DNA of 64,000 nucleotides. Origin: Myxococcota bacterium. Lineage in GTDB: Bacteria > Myxococcota_A > UBA796 > UBA2385. The position numbers were made by a program, and so were the translations under genes. This document shows, piece after piece, positions 8,962 to 22,069 of the stretch (its first letter is position 1; the number at the start of each line of letters is the position of its first letter). The notes under the pieces were generated by a model that did no database searches, was not told where the DNA came from, and saw only the letters and a list, made by a program, of their open reading frames with translations. The DNA lies in the NCBI GenBank assembly GCA_044344255.1, contig JBIJDH010000014.1:96001-160000 (forward strand), given 5' to 3'.

Positions 8962-8991
8962 AGACCCCGAGGGGGAAGCCCCTCGGGGTCT
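8962..8991 (-). terminator. Terminator hairpin downstream of tRNA-Val
   Basis: 13-bp perfect stem agaccccgagggg/cccctcggggtct with a 4-nt loop. Confidence 0.75.
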
Positions 8992-9000
8992 ACAGGTGAC

Positions 9001-9075
9001 TGGTAGGCATGGGCGGTTTCGAACCGCCGACCCCCGCCGTGTCAGGACGGTGCTCTACCACTGAGCTACATGCCT
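9001..9075 (-). tRNA. tRNA-Val(GAC)
   Basis: aggcatgtagctcagtggtagagca, anticodon arm ccgtc-ctGACac-ggcgg, GGTTCGAAACC, encoded CCA. Confidence 0.96.
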
Positions 9076-9094
9076 TCGCTGTGGTGCTCCTTGT

Positions 9095-9775
9095 TTATTC
9101 AGTACCCTTCGGATCGTCAAGGCGCCTCGAGAACTTCCGCGCCGCCCGGATGGCCTCCACCAGCGAGGCCCCCAGGGATTCAGCGGCTTCTTCCGGACTT
9201 GGCGCGGCCCCGAGAATCTTGGCCACGCTGGTCACACCGGCGCCGACGATCCCGCAGGGGACGATCAGGTCAAAGGCGCCGAGGTCGGGCTTGAGGTTGA
9301 CCGCGAGGCCGTGCATCGAGACCCCCAGACGGATGTGGAGCCCGATCGCGCAGATCTTCTCCTGCCCCACCCACACCCCCGCGAGGCCCTCCCGGCGGCC
9401 GGCGGCGATCCCCAGCGGGGCCAGCCATCGGATCACCCCCTCCTCCATCGCCGCCACGAGGCCGCGAACGCCGATGCCCCGGCCGCCCGCGTCGATGAAG
9501 AGGTAGGCGACGAGCTGACCGGGGCCATGCCAGGTCGCGAGCCCACCCCGCTCGACCGCGAAGCGCGCGATGCCGGCCTCGGCGAGCCGAGCCTCAGCGG
9601 GCACGCCCGCGGCCTCCCGGCGGCCGGTGGTGATCACGGGGTCGTGCTCGAGGAGCCAGACCTGCTCGGGGGCGAGGCCAGCGATCACCTCCTCCCGCGC
9701 GGCCCGCTGGAGCGCGAGCGCCTCTCCGTAGGGCACCCGACCGAGCCAGCGGGTGAGGATCGGCCGCTCAGCCAC
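9095..9775 (-). CDS. lipB: Lipoyl(octanoyl) transferase
   Basis: LLEHDPVITTGRR, ERGGLATWHGPGQLVAY, KICAIG, SMHGLAVN, FDLIVPCGI. Confidence 0.95.
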   Translation of the reverse strand: MAERPILTRWLGRVPYGEALALQRAAREEVIAGLAPEQVWLLEHDPVITTGRREAAGVPAEARLAEAGIARFAVERGGLATWHGPGQLVAYLFIDAGGRGIGVRGLVAAMEEGVIRWLAPLGIAAGRREGLAGVWVGQEKICAIGLHIRLGVSMHGLAVNLKPDLGAFDLIVPCGIVGAGVTSVAKILGAAPSPEEAAESLGASLVEAIRAARKFSRRLDDPKGTE

Positions 9776-11066
9776 CCGTGAAGACCTTGCTGTTGCGGTA
9801 GAGGCCGAGCCACTCCGCGGCCACCACCGAGAGCACCGCCGTCACGGGGATCGCGATCAACATCCCCCAGATGCCGAGCAGCCCGCCGCCCACGATGAGG
9901 GCGATCATCACCACGAGCGGCGGCAGGCCCACCTTGTCGCCCACGATGCGAGGGGTGAGCACGTAGCCCTCGATCCCCTGCACCACGACGAAGACGACGA
10001 CCACCCCGATCACCTGCCAGGAGATCCCGAACTTGATCAGGGCCAGCAGGACCGACAGCACGACCCCCACCACCGTGCCGAGGTACGGCACGATGAAGAG
10101 CAGGCCGGCCATCACGCCCACACCGACAGCGAGGTCAATCCCGACGATCAGGAGGCCCACGCTGTAGAGGCCCGACAGGGCGAGGCAGACCGTGATCTGA
10201 CCGCGCACGAAGGCGCCGAGGCGCACGTCGACCTCCGTGGCGATGCGGACCACCCGCGGGCGGTGGCGGGGCGGCACGAGCTCCCCCACCGCCGCGACCA
10301 TCCGGTCCCAATCGCGCAAGAGGTAGAACAGGAAGACCGGCAGCAGCAGCAGGTTGAGGAGGGCGCTCATCAGGCCGAGCCCCTGCGTGAACAGCCCCTT
10401 GCCGAGGCCCGTCGCGGTGGCGCGGATGTCGGGCAGGTGCTCTTTCACCCAGCGAGGGGCCTCCGCCTGGAGCTGGTGGAGGTCGAGCGTGATGGTCTGG
10501 CCGGTCTTCGCTTCGATGACGGCCAGGATCGGGAGCAGGCGCTCGTCGAGGTGGTCAATGACCGGCGTGAGCTTGGCCTCGACCTGATCGGCCTGCGCCG
10601 CCACGGCGGGGATGAAGAGCAGCACGGTGGCCAGCAGCGCCATCACGAAGCTCGCGTAGATCACGCCGATGCCCGACTCCCGGGACAAGCCGCGGCGCTC
10701 CAGCCAGTCGACGACGGGGTCGAGGATGTAGGCGAGGCCTGCGCTGGCGGCGAGGATCGCGAAGACGGGCCGCAGCACCCAGAGCAGCGCCGCGCCGACC
10801 ACCGCGAAGGTGGCCCCCCACAAGAAGCGCGACCACAGCGGGTGGATCCCCCCCGAGGGCAGGGCGGCGCGGAGCTCGGCCCCCACCTCCGCGGCGAGGC
10901 CAGGGCCTGCCGGCGCCTCGGGTGTGGTCACCGCAGGCGCCTCCCTCGAAGCCACGGCGGGCACGACGGGCTCGACGGGCGGGCGCCTCGCCGACACCTG
11001 CGGGCGGCTGCGGCGGGGGCGACCGGTGGGCGAGCCGTGCAGGCTGTTCACGCTGCGGCGGATCAC
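9768..11066 (-). CDS. AI-2E family transporter
   Basis: Multiple TM helices; LAYILDPVV, FVRGQ, IVPYLG, QGIEGYVLTPRIVGDKVGLPP, GMLIAIP; GTG overlaps the upstream stop. Confidence 0.9.
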   Translation of the reverse strand: MIRRSVNSLHGSPTGRPRRSRPQVSARRPPVEPVVPAVASREAPAVTTPEAPAGPGLAAEVGAELRAALPSGGIHPLWSRFLWGATFAVVGAALLWVLRPVFAILAASAGLAYILDPVVDWLERRGLSRESGIGVIYASFVMALLATVLLFIPAVAAQADQVEAKLTPVIDHLDERLLPILAVIEAKTGQTITLDLHQLQAEAPRWVKEHLPDIRATATGLGKGLFTQGLGLMSALLNLLLLPVFLFYLLRDWDRMVAAVGELVPPRHRPRVVRIATEVDVRLGAFVRGQITVCLALSGLYSVGLLIVGIDLAVGVGVMAGLLFIVPYLGTVVGVVLSVLLALIKFGISWQVIGVVVVFVVVQGIEGYVLTPRIVGDKVGLPPLVVMIALIVGGGLLGIWGMLIAIPVTAVLSVVAAEWLGLYRNSKVFTGG

Positions 11067-11857
11067 GGCGCCCCCACGACGATCACCACCTTGCCCGCGG
11101 CGACGAGGCCGGGGGTGGCGGGATCTGCGGCCAAGGCGCTCGTGGGGTCGAGCAAGAGCTCCCCCCCTTGGGCGGCGCTCGCCCGCGCGAAGAGGGGGGC
11201 GTCCCCGGCGCGCTTCCAGGCGAGCGGATCGGCCGCCGAGCTCACGTAGACGACCGGCGTCGAGACGCGCGCGACGTCCTCCCCGAGGAGCTGGGCACGC
11301 AGCACCGGCCGGCCGTCGGCCGTGCTGACCGAGGGCGCGAGGCAGGGCTCGAAGGGCAAGCCGCGGGCGTCGATGACGAGGCCGGTGGCGCCCCCTGCGA
11401 CCAGCGGCGCCGGCGTGGCGGTGGCCAGCGCGCTGAGCGCCGGGCGCAGCCAGACGCCGATGTCGAGCGCGGCGTCCATCTCCACCCCGCCGGTGGGGTG
11501 GTAGCGGGTCTCCTCGATGTACCAGGACTTCATCCCGTCTTCGAGGGCGGCCGCGGTGGGGCCCCCATCCCCGAGGAGGTCCGCCACGGTGGTGTCCGGC
11601 GTGACCCGCAGCGAGGCGGCGGCGGCGGCGAGGCGCGGGGGCAGGCTGTCGAGGGCGTCCTGCTCCTGCACCCTGCGGTCCTTCCACGCGCCCACGACGA
11701 GGTCGCTGCGCGAGCTCACGATGAGGTCGAGGCTGGTCCAGTCCACGTACCCGTTGGCCCGCGGGTCGCGCACCGGCGGCGGCCCCCCTCCCGCCCACGC
11801 CGAGGCGAACGAGGAGAGCAGCAGCCAGAGGGGAGTGAGCCGGGCGGAGGGCGACAT
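11063..11857 (-). CDS. Exported hypothetical protein (LPP20-associated type)
   Basis: Signal peptide; GYVDWT and TGLVIDARGL.FEPCLAP motifs; ends GKVVIV. Confidence 0.7.
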   Translation of the reverse strand: MSPSARLTPLWLLLSSFASAWAGGGPPPVRDPRANGYVDWTSLDLIVSSRSDLVVGAWKDRRVQEQDALDSLPPRLAAAAASLRVTPDTTVADLLGDGGPTAAALEDGMKSWYIEETRYHPTGGVEMDAALDIGVWLRPALSALATATPAPLVAGGATGLVIDARGLPFEPCLAPSVSTADGRPVLRAQLLGEDVARVSTPVVYVSSAADPLAWKRAGDAPLFARASAAQGGELLLDPTSALAADPATPGLVAAGKVVIVVGAP

Positions 11858-11890
11858 CCGCCCATCCTTATCGGAGCCTGCCCCGACCGG

Positions 11891-15499
<3,609 letters not shown>

Positions 15500-15523
15500 G
15501 GCGCTCCCGCGGAGGGGGAGCCG

Positions 15524-16930
15524 TTATCCCGCGCCCCGGCCGGCGCCCCCCGCGCCGAGGCCCCGCAGGGCCGCCCCGAGCTTGCCCGAGGCGCACTGGC
15601 TGCCGCCGCAGCAGTTGTTTCCCTGGCAGAGCTGGTTGCAGCAATTGTTACAGTTGCAGCACTGCTCTGCGCTGCGGTTGCACTCGCTGTTGCAGCTCCC
15701 GCAGCAGGAATTGCAGGCGGAGTCACACTCGCGCTCGCAGCCGCCGCAGCAGGCGTTCAAGCAGGGATCGCAGCAGGTGTCGGTGACACAGCAGGCGTCT
15801 TCGCCGCTCCCCGCGCTCTCCCCAGGCTCGGGAGGGGCCGGGTCGTCGGGGTCGGGATCGGCCGCCGGCGCCGACTTCGGGGGCGCCGACTTCGACTCGG
15901 TCTTGGTCTTGGTCTCGGTCTGGGTCTCGGTCTTGTTCCCCTTCTTCGTGCCCTTCTTCGTGCCCTTCTTCGAGGAGGGCTCTCGTTTGGGCTCGGCCCA
16001 GGCGGGGCGGAGGCCGAAGAGGAGGAGGAGGACCCAGGCGAAGGCCGCGACGAAGGCCGATCTGCGCTGGAGGTCTGCGGGCTCGACGAGGTGCTGCGCG
16101 GCGTGCAGGGCCCGGCGGGCGGCGGCGCCGAGGCGACCGATCAGCACCGACTCGATGACCTCCCGGTGGCGCCGGAGGGGGAGGTCTGCGAGGCAGCGGG
16201 ACAGCGCGCGGAGGTCGGCCCGGAGCAGGCGCGCGGCCGCCTCGACACGGGCAGGATCGATCTCCCCCTCGCGGAGCAGCGGGTTGAACGCGCCGGCCCT
16301 GCGGTCTCCCTCGACGTCTTCGACGGCGTCGATGAGGTAGATGAGCCGGCCGGTCGCGAGGCCGAGGGCTTGGATCGGCGCGGCGTCCTCGAGGCGACCG
16401 AGCGCCCCGATCCAGCCGAAGACGAGGCCGAGGGCCTGGGCGGTGGGGGCGGCGGCGGCCTCGGGGCCGGCCTGCGCGGCCTCGACGGCGGCCTGGCGGT
16501 GCTCGAAGCCCGCGAGGGGCTCCGGATCGAGGCCCAGCTCCCGGAGGCGCCCGCGGGCGACCTCGGCGGGCCCGGCGAGCAGGGGCCGGGCCGCGCGGGT
16601 GAGGCGCCCGCCGTCCATGCCGCGATCGGCGAGCCACTGGTCGGCCAGCAGCACCTGCGCGGCGGCGGCGAAGCGCATCGCCGGGCTCTCCGGCGCGACG
16701 GTGCCCTGGTGCACCACGGGGAGCAGCGGGCAGCGGGTGGCGGCGGGCGGCGCAGGCTCCTCCTGGAGCGAATCGACGAGGAGGCCCAGCAGCACCGCGT
16801 CGTAGGAGACGAGGCCCCGCATCGCGAGGCCGTGATCGGCGCCCAGGGCGGCGCAGAGGCCGCAGTAAAAGGCGCTGTGGGTGGCCTTGGGCGCCTCGGG
16901 GAGGCAGCCGGGCTTCAGGGTGCCGAACAT
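15524..16930 (-). CDS. DUF5685-type protein with TM helix, low-complexity linker and Cys-rich C-terminal tail
   Basis: MFGTLKP...FYCGLCAALG..HG...SYDAVLL..RCPL..YLIDAVEDVEGD...FNPL; C-terminal region with 23 Cys. Confidence 0.8.
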   Translation of the reverse strand: MFGTLKPGCLPEAPKATHSAFYCGLCAALGADHGLAMRGLVSYDAVLLGLLVDSLQEEPAPPAATRCPLLPVVHQGTVAPESPAMRFAAAAQVLLADQWLADRGMDGGRLTRAARPLLAGPAEVARGRLRELGLDPEPLAGFEHRQAAVEAAQAGPEAAAAPTAQALGLVFGWIGALGRLEDAAPIQALGLATGRLIYLIDAVEDVEGDRRAGAFNPLLREGEIDPARVEAAARLLRADLRALSRCLADLPLRRHREVIESVLIGRLGAAARRALHAAQHLVEPADLQRRSAFVAAFAWVLLLLFGLRPAWAEPKREPSSKKGTKKGTKKGNKTETQTETKTKTESKSAPPKSAPAADPDPDDPAPPEPGESAGSGEDACCVTDTCCDPCLNACCGGCERECDSACNSCCGSCNSECNRSAEQCCNCNNCCNQLCQGNNCCGGSQCASGKLGAALRGLGAGGAGRGAG

Positions 16931-17928
16931 GGGCCACCGTCGCGGGAGAGCAGGAAGCCGTGGATCCAGCGGAGGATCGGCCCGACCTCGCCGAGACTGG
17001 CGAGGCGGGCCTCGAGGCGGTCGAGCTCGGCCTCGGCGGGCCGCAGGGCGGAGAGGTCGAGCGCCCCCACCTGCCGCCGCACCCCCGCGCGGTCACCCCC
17101 GCGGACGGCCTCCACCCAGCGCTCCCCGTGGGCGAGGTAGGCCATCCGCCCGATCACCGTCGAGAGGTGCAGGTCGAGGCTGTCCTTCTCGAGGTCGGCC
17201 AGGGCGTCGGCCCGCTGGATCCAGGCCCCCCAGCCCGAGAAGGCCTCCACCTCGTCGGCGGTGAGCGCCCGGGCCCCGGGGGCGAGGGTGCCCACGGCGG
17301 TGATCATCCGGAGCCAGCGCGCGCTGATCTCGCCCGTGACCCGCGCCACGACTGAGTCCGAGACCTGGGAGGGGTGAGCGGTGAAGGTGGTGACCGCCTC
17401 GACCTGGGTGGCCCAGCCCGAGGCGATCAGGCGGAGCAGCCCCTCGCGTCGCGCGCCCCCGTCGAGGGTGGCGAGCTCCGCCAGGACAGCGCCGAGGGCG
17501 GCGGCGAGGAGGCAGCGGGGCTCTTCACTCTCGGGCCGCCCCGACCGGATCGAGGCCAGGGTGGGGGCGAGGTAGGCGGCGGTCTCCCGAGCGAGGTGCG
17601 CCCGCGGGAGGCTGGCGTGGAAGGCGGGGCTGTCGATGTGCTGATCATCGAGCTTGGTGAGCAGGGCGAGCATCGCCGCCGCCTGCCCCACCCGCGCGTC
17701 CTCCGCCCCGCCGAGGCCCCGCGCCGCCTCGGTGGCCAAGAGCGAGAGCGCGGCGCAGAGGTGGGCGCTCTCCGGGCTCAGGCGACCCGCAGGGTCCGCC
17801 AGGGCGAGCAGCGGCCCCATCCCCGAGAGCGCGCGCGCCCCCACCGCCGCCAGCCGCCCGCCGACATCGACCGAAAGCGGCGCCAGAGATCGGCGGAGCA
17901 CGGGGGGTCGCAGCAAGGCGGGGTGCAT
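16915..17928 (-). CDS. Class I isoprenoid synthase-fold protein (terpene synthase / prenyltransferase-like)
   Basis: All-helical; Asp-rich motifs KLDDQHID and GAWIQRADALADLEKD at spacing typical of FARM/SARM; start at ATG 17928 is approximate. Confidence 0.6.
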   Translation of the reverse strand: MHPALLRPPVLRRSLAPLSVDVGGRLAAVGARALSGMGPLLALADPAGRLSPESAHLCAALSLLATEAARGLGGAEDARVGQAAAMLALLTKLDDQHIDSPAFHASLPRAHLARETAAYLAPTLASIRSGRPESEEPRCLLAAALGAVLAELATLDGGARREGLLRLIASGWATQVEAVTTFTAHPSQVSDSVVARVTGEISARWLRMITAVGTLAPGARALTADEVEAFSGWGAWIQRADALADLEKDSLDLHLSTVIGRMAYLAHGERWVEAVRGGDRAGVRRQVGALDLSALRPAEAELDRLEARLASLGEVGPILRWIHGFLLSRDGGPCSAP

Positions 17929-18007
17929 CCCTGCCGGTAACGGGCCCGGAGACCGGCTACCATGAAGGTGTCCCCTTGGCCGACCCCTCCTCACCCCCGG
18001 TGCTCGG

Positions 18008-20332
18008 ATGACCCCCACCTCAGACCGATCTCCGCTGAGCCGACGAGGCTCCCGCTCCCTTGGGCTCCCACTCTGCCTCCCGCTTGGCCTCCCGCTTGGC
18101 CTCCCGCTTTGCCTCGCGCTGGCGCTCGCCTCGGCCTGCACGGGCGGGGACGGCCCCAAGGCCGGAGAGGACGGATGTACAGAGGGCGAGAGCATCTTCT
18201 ACGGTGACGAAGATGGGGACGGCTACGGCGACATCGCCGACACGAAGCAGGCCTGCGTCCCTCCGGAGGGCTTCGTCGACAATGACGAGGACTGCGACGA
18301 CACCCAAGCCACCGTCCACCCGGGGGCGGCCGAGATCGACTGCGAAGACCCCACCGACTACAATTGTGACGGCTCGGTCGGCTTCGCCGACGCCGACCAG
18401 GACAGCTACGCCGCCTGCAAGGACTGTGACGACGCCGAGGCCACCGTGCACCCCGGTCAAGACGAGGTCTGCGACGGCATCGACAACGACTGTAACGCCG
18501 TGGTGGACTACCCCTCGGTTGACGCCCCCACCTGGTTCATCGACTACGACGGCGACGGCTACGGCGACGATCGGTACACCCTCGAACAGTGCGGCCAGCC
18601 CTTCGGCTACGTAGCCACCGACGACGACTGCGACGACACCACCGCCCTCGCCCACCCCGGCGGCGAGGAGACCTGCGACGGCGCCGACAACGACTGCGAC
18701 GGCCTCATCGACCCCGAGACCTCGACGGGGGCCGTCACCGTCTACGATGACCTCGACGGCGACACCTATGGAGACCCCGCCTCCGAGCTCACCACCTGCT
18801 ACCCCGACGACGACCAGGTCGATGACGACTCCGACTGCGACGACGCCGACGCCCTCATCAACCCCGCCGCGGTCGAGGTCTGTAACGACGGCGAAGACAA
18901 CGACTGTGAGGGCACGGCCATGGGCTGCACCCTCGACCTCATGGCCGCCGAGCTCAGCCTGCAAGGGGAGGCGGGCGGCGACTACGCGGGCGTGGCCCTG
19001 TCGACGGGCGACTGGAACGGCGACGGGCAGGCGGACCTCCTCGTCGGCGCGTACGGCCACGACGCCGCCACCGCCGGCACCGAGGGCGGCGCCTATGTGC
19101 TCTGGGGCCCGCTCGGCGCCGGCACGGAGAGCCTCTCCAGCGCCAGCCTGTCCTTCGCCGGGGAGTCCGCCGGAGACCGGGCCGGGGCGGCGGTCTCGTC
19201 GGTCGGTGACATCGACAGCGACGGCGTGGACGACCTCGTCATCGCCGCCGAGCGCAGCGCGGTGACCACGAGCGGGCAAGGGAGGGTCTACCTCTTCCTC
19301 GGCGCCACCCTCCAGGCCACCACCCCCGGCGACGCCCTCTCCCTCGACCTCGACGCCGACCGCTCCTGGAAGGGGGCCGATGGCTTCGACTGGCTGGGCG
19401 CCGGGCTCGTGTCCCCCGGAGACCTCGACGGTGACGGGGTCGTAGACCTCGCCCTCGCCGCGACCAACGACGAGGTGGGGGGCTCCCAGACGGGCTCGAT
19501 CTACGTCCTGCTCGGCGGCTCGGCGGCCTTCTCCGGCACCGACGGCGTGAGCGCGGCCAGCGTGGCCAGCGCCACCTTCACCGGCGAGGCGACGGGCGAC
19601 TATGCCGGCGCCGTGATGAGCGGCCTCGGCGACCTCGACGGCGACGGCGCCGCCGAGCTCGCCGTCGGCGTGGGGCTGGCGAGCTTCAACGGCACCCACT
19701 CCGGCGCCGCCTATCTCCTCTCTGCCCCCTTCTCGGGCACCCAGAGCCTGTCCGAGGCCACCGGGCGCCTGCTCGGCGCGGCCACCGGCGACCGCGCCGG
19801 CGCCGGCCTCTGCCCCGCCGGGGACGTCGATGGGGACGGCTACGACGACGCCTGGGTGGGGGCGACGAAGGAGGACACCGGCGCGGTAGACGCCGGCACC
19901 GCCTACCTCCTCCCCGGGACCGCCGACCTCAGCGATTATTACGACGTCACCATCGACACCGTCGCGCTCACGCGGGTCTTCGGGGAGGGCACCGGCGACG
20001 GCCTCGGCTCGAACCTCGCCGGGGGGGCCGACTGGGACGGCGACGGCTCGCCCGATCTCCTCGTCGGCGTGCCCTCCACCGGCGTCAACGACGAGGGCGC
20101 CGCCTCCCTCTTCCTCGGCCCCTTCGCCGTCGGCGGTACGCTCCAGGCCGGGGTCGACCACCGGGCGACGATGGTGGGTGACACCTCCAACGATCATGTC
20201 GGCGCCGCCGTGCTCTTCGGCGGCGACCTCCTCGGGAGCGGAGGCGAGGACATCGTCGTCGGCGCCTGGGAGGACGACGGCGCCGGCACCGACGCCGGGG
20301 GCCTCTGGGTGGTGCAAGCGCTCGGGCTCTGA
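18008..20332 (+). CDS. Secreted lipoprotein with MopE-like (DxDGDGYG...DCDD..HPGA.E.C) repeats and FG-GAP/integrin-alpha beta-propeller
   Basis: Lipobox LASAC; repeated DCDD/DNDCDG units; about seven GD.DGDG..DL.VGA blades. Confidence 0.9.
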   Translation: MTPTSDRSPLSRRGSRSLGLPLCLPLGLPLGLPLCLALALASACTGGDGPKAGEDGCTEGESIFYGDEDGDGYGDIADTKQACVPPEGFVDNDEDCDDTQATVHPGAAEIDCEDPTDYNCDGSVGFADADQDSYAACKDCDDAEATVHPGQDEVCDGIDNDCNAVVDYPSVDAPTWFIDYDGDGYGDDRYTLEQCGQPFGYVATDDDCDDTTALAHPGGEETCDGADNDCDGLIDPETSTGAVTVYDDLDGDTYGDPASELTTCYPDDDQVDDDSDCDDADALINPAAVEVCNDGEDNDCEGTAMGCTLDLMAAELSLQGEAGGDYAGVALSTGDWNGDGQADLLVGAYGHDAATAGTEGGAYVLWGPLGAGTESLSSASLSFAGESAGDRAGAAVSSVGDIDSDGVDDLVIAAERSAVTTSGQGRVYLFLGATLQATTPGDALSLDLDADRSWKGADGFDWLGAGLVSPGDLDGDGVVDLALAATNDEVGGSQTGSIYVLLGGSAAFSGTDGVSAASVASATFTGEATGDYAGAVMSGLGDLDGDGAAELAVGVGLASFNGTHSGAAYLLSAPFSGTQSLSEATGRLLGAATGDRAGAGLCPAGDVDGDGYDDAWVGATKEDTGAVDAGTAYLLPGTADLSDYYDVTIDTVALTRVFGEGTGDGLGSNLAGGADWDGDGSPDLLVGVPSTGVNDEGAASLFLGPFAVGGTLQAGVDHRATMVGDTSNDHVGAAVLFGGDLLGSGGEDIVVGAWEDDGAGTDAGGLWVVQALGL
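18076..18112 (+). repeat. 12-bp tandem repeat (gcctcccgcttg) in the signal peptide
   Basis: Encodes LPLG-LPLG-LPLC. Confidence 0.8.
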
Positions 20333-20370
20333 GCGCTTGCCAGGGCCCGCGGGGTGGCTAACCCTTCGAG

Positions 20371-21627
20371 ATGGAAGCCTTCGCCCTCGTCTCCCTCCTC
20401 GGCGCTGGACTGGCCGTCCGGCGCGCCAAGCGGTCGCGGGGCGCCCTCGTCGCCCGCTTCCTCACTGTGCTCGCCGCGCTGCAGATCGCGATCTCGATGG
20501 GCGTCTATGTCGCCCTCGACACCGCCGGGCTCGAGCGGCTCCGCCCCGCCTTCTGGGGCCTCCAGGCGCTCACCCTGCTCTATCTGTCCTCGGCGGTGCT
20601 CCCGGGGATGCGGAAGACCTGGCAGTGGATGCTGCTCGCCTGGCCGGCCCACTGGTTCGTCGCCGGCACCTTCCTCGCCCTCCCCTGGGCCCTCTCGGCG
20701 CTCACCCCCTGGACGCTCCCCGCCGTCTGGCTGCCCTACGCCCTCGCCGGCGCGGGCCTCCTCCGCAGCGTGGTCACCCTCCGGGAGACGGTCGACCTCG
20801 ACCTCCGAGGCGGCGCGCCCGTGCTCGCGCGCCGCCCGCAGCGGGCCCTCTCGCTCGTCCAGCGGCGCTTCGGCTTTCGGCCACGGGCGGCCCCGAGCCG
20901 GCTGCGGGTGGTCCAGATCACCGACCCCCACATCGGGCCCTTCCAGTCGGTCGAGCGGCTGCGGCGCACCTGTGAGCGGGCGGTGGCCGCGGCGCCCGAT
21001 CTCATCGTGCTGACCGGCGACTACCTGACCGTGCCGAGCCAGGACAGCGCCGACCACCTCGCCCTCGCCCTCGCCCCCCTCCAGGGCCACCCCCACGTCT
21101 ACGCCTGCATGGGCAACCACGACCTCGAGACCCCCGAGCTCGTCCGAGAGGCCCTCCACCGCGCCGGCGTGCGGCTGCTCGAGGATGAGGCCGTGACCGT
21201 GCAGACCCCCGCTGGCCTCGTCCAGGTGCTCGGCCTCGCCTGGCGCTGGCGTAACCGGGAGACGGCGATGACCCGCGCCCTCAAGGGCACGCCCCGGCCC
21301 ACCGACGCCGCTGGCCGCCCCGCCTTCCGCCTCGTCCTGCTGCACGATCCCAGCGCCTTCCAGCTCTGCCCCGACGGCTCCGCCGACCTCGTGCTCTCCG
21401 GGCACACCCACGGCGGGCAGGTGGGCTTCCTCTCGCTCGGCGTTCACTGGACGGCCCTCTCGCTGGCCGGCATGCCCGACGAGGGGCCCTGGGCCCTCGG
21501 CAGAAACCGCCTCTACGTGCACCGCGGCAACGGCTTCTACGGCTTCCCGCTGCGGGTGGGCGTGCCAGGTGAAGAGAGCGTGCTCGACCTCGAGCTCCCC
21601 GGATCGATCGAGCCCGCCGATGCCTGA
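20371..21627 (+). CDS. Membrane-anchored metallophosphoesterase (YkuE-like)
   Basis: TDPHIG, LTGDY, MGNHD, LLHDP, LSGHTHGGQ; N-terminal TM helices. Confidence 0.92.
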   Translation: MEAFALVSLLGAGLAVRRAKRSRGALVARFLTVLAALQIAISMGVYVALDTAGLERLRPAFWGLQALTLLYLSSAVLPGMRKTWQWMLLAWPAHWFVAGTFLALPWALSALTPWTLPAVWLPYALAGAGLLRSVVTLRETVDLDLRGGAPVLARRPQRALSLVQRRFGFRPRAAPSRLRVVQITDPHIGPFQSVERLRRTCERAVAAAPDLIVLTGDYLTVPSQDSADHLALALAPLQGHPHVYACMGNHDLETPELVREALHRAGVRLLEDEAVTVQTPAGLVQVLGLAWRWRNRETAMTRALKGTPRPTDAAGRPAFRLVLLHDPSAFQLCPDGSADLVLSGHTHGGQVGFLSLGVHWTALSLAGMPDEGPWALGRNRLYVHRGNGFYGFPLRVGVPGEESVLDLELPGSIEPADA

Positions 21628-22057
21628 GCGCGGCGGCTGGCCCCTCCGCCTCGCGGTCACCATCGACACGCCGCGCTGGAGCGTGGTCAAGCGGCGGGAC
21701 GACGGATCTATCGACTTCATCACGCCGATCCCCTGCCCCTTCAACTACGGCAGCGTACCGGGCACCCTCTCCGGCGACGGCGACCGCGAGGACGCGCTCC
21801 TGCTCGGCCCCCGCGTGCCCCGCGGGCAGAGCGTCTCCGCCCCGGTGTGGGCCCGGATCGACTTCCTCGACGCCGGCGCCTCCGACCCCAAGTGGCTCAC
21901 CGGCCCGCGGCCCCCCACCGCCGCCGAGCTCTCCGAGGTGCGGGCCTTCTTCACGGTCTATGCGCGGGCCAAGCGCCTGCTGTATGGCCTCCGCCGACAG
22001 GGCGGGGAGACGGCCTTTCGCGGCCTCTCGCTCCACCCCCGCGCCGCCGCCGAGTAG
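21620..22057 (+). CDS. ppa: Short family I inorganic pyrophosphatase
   Basis: PFNYGSVPGTLSGDGDREDALLLG, FLDAGASDPKW, FFTVYARAK. Confidence 0.75.
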   Translation: MPERGGWPLRLAVTIDTPRWSVVKRRDDGSIDFITPIPCPFNYGSVPGTLSGDGDREDALLLGPRVPRGQSVSAPVWARIDFLDAGASDPKWLTGPRPPTAAELSEVRAFFTVYARAKRLLYGLRRQGGETAFRGLSLHPRAAAE

Positions 22058-22069
22058 ACTCGCCGGCCC

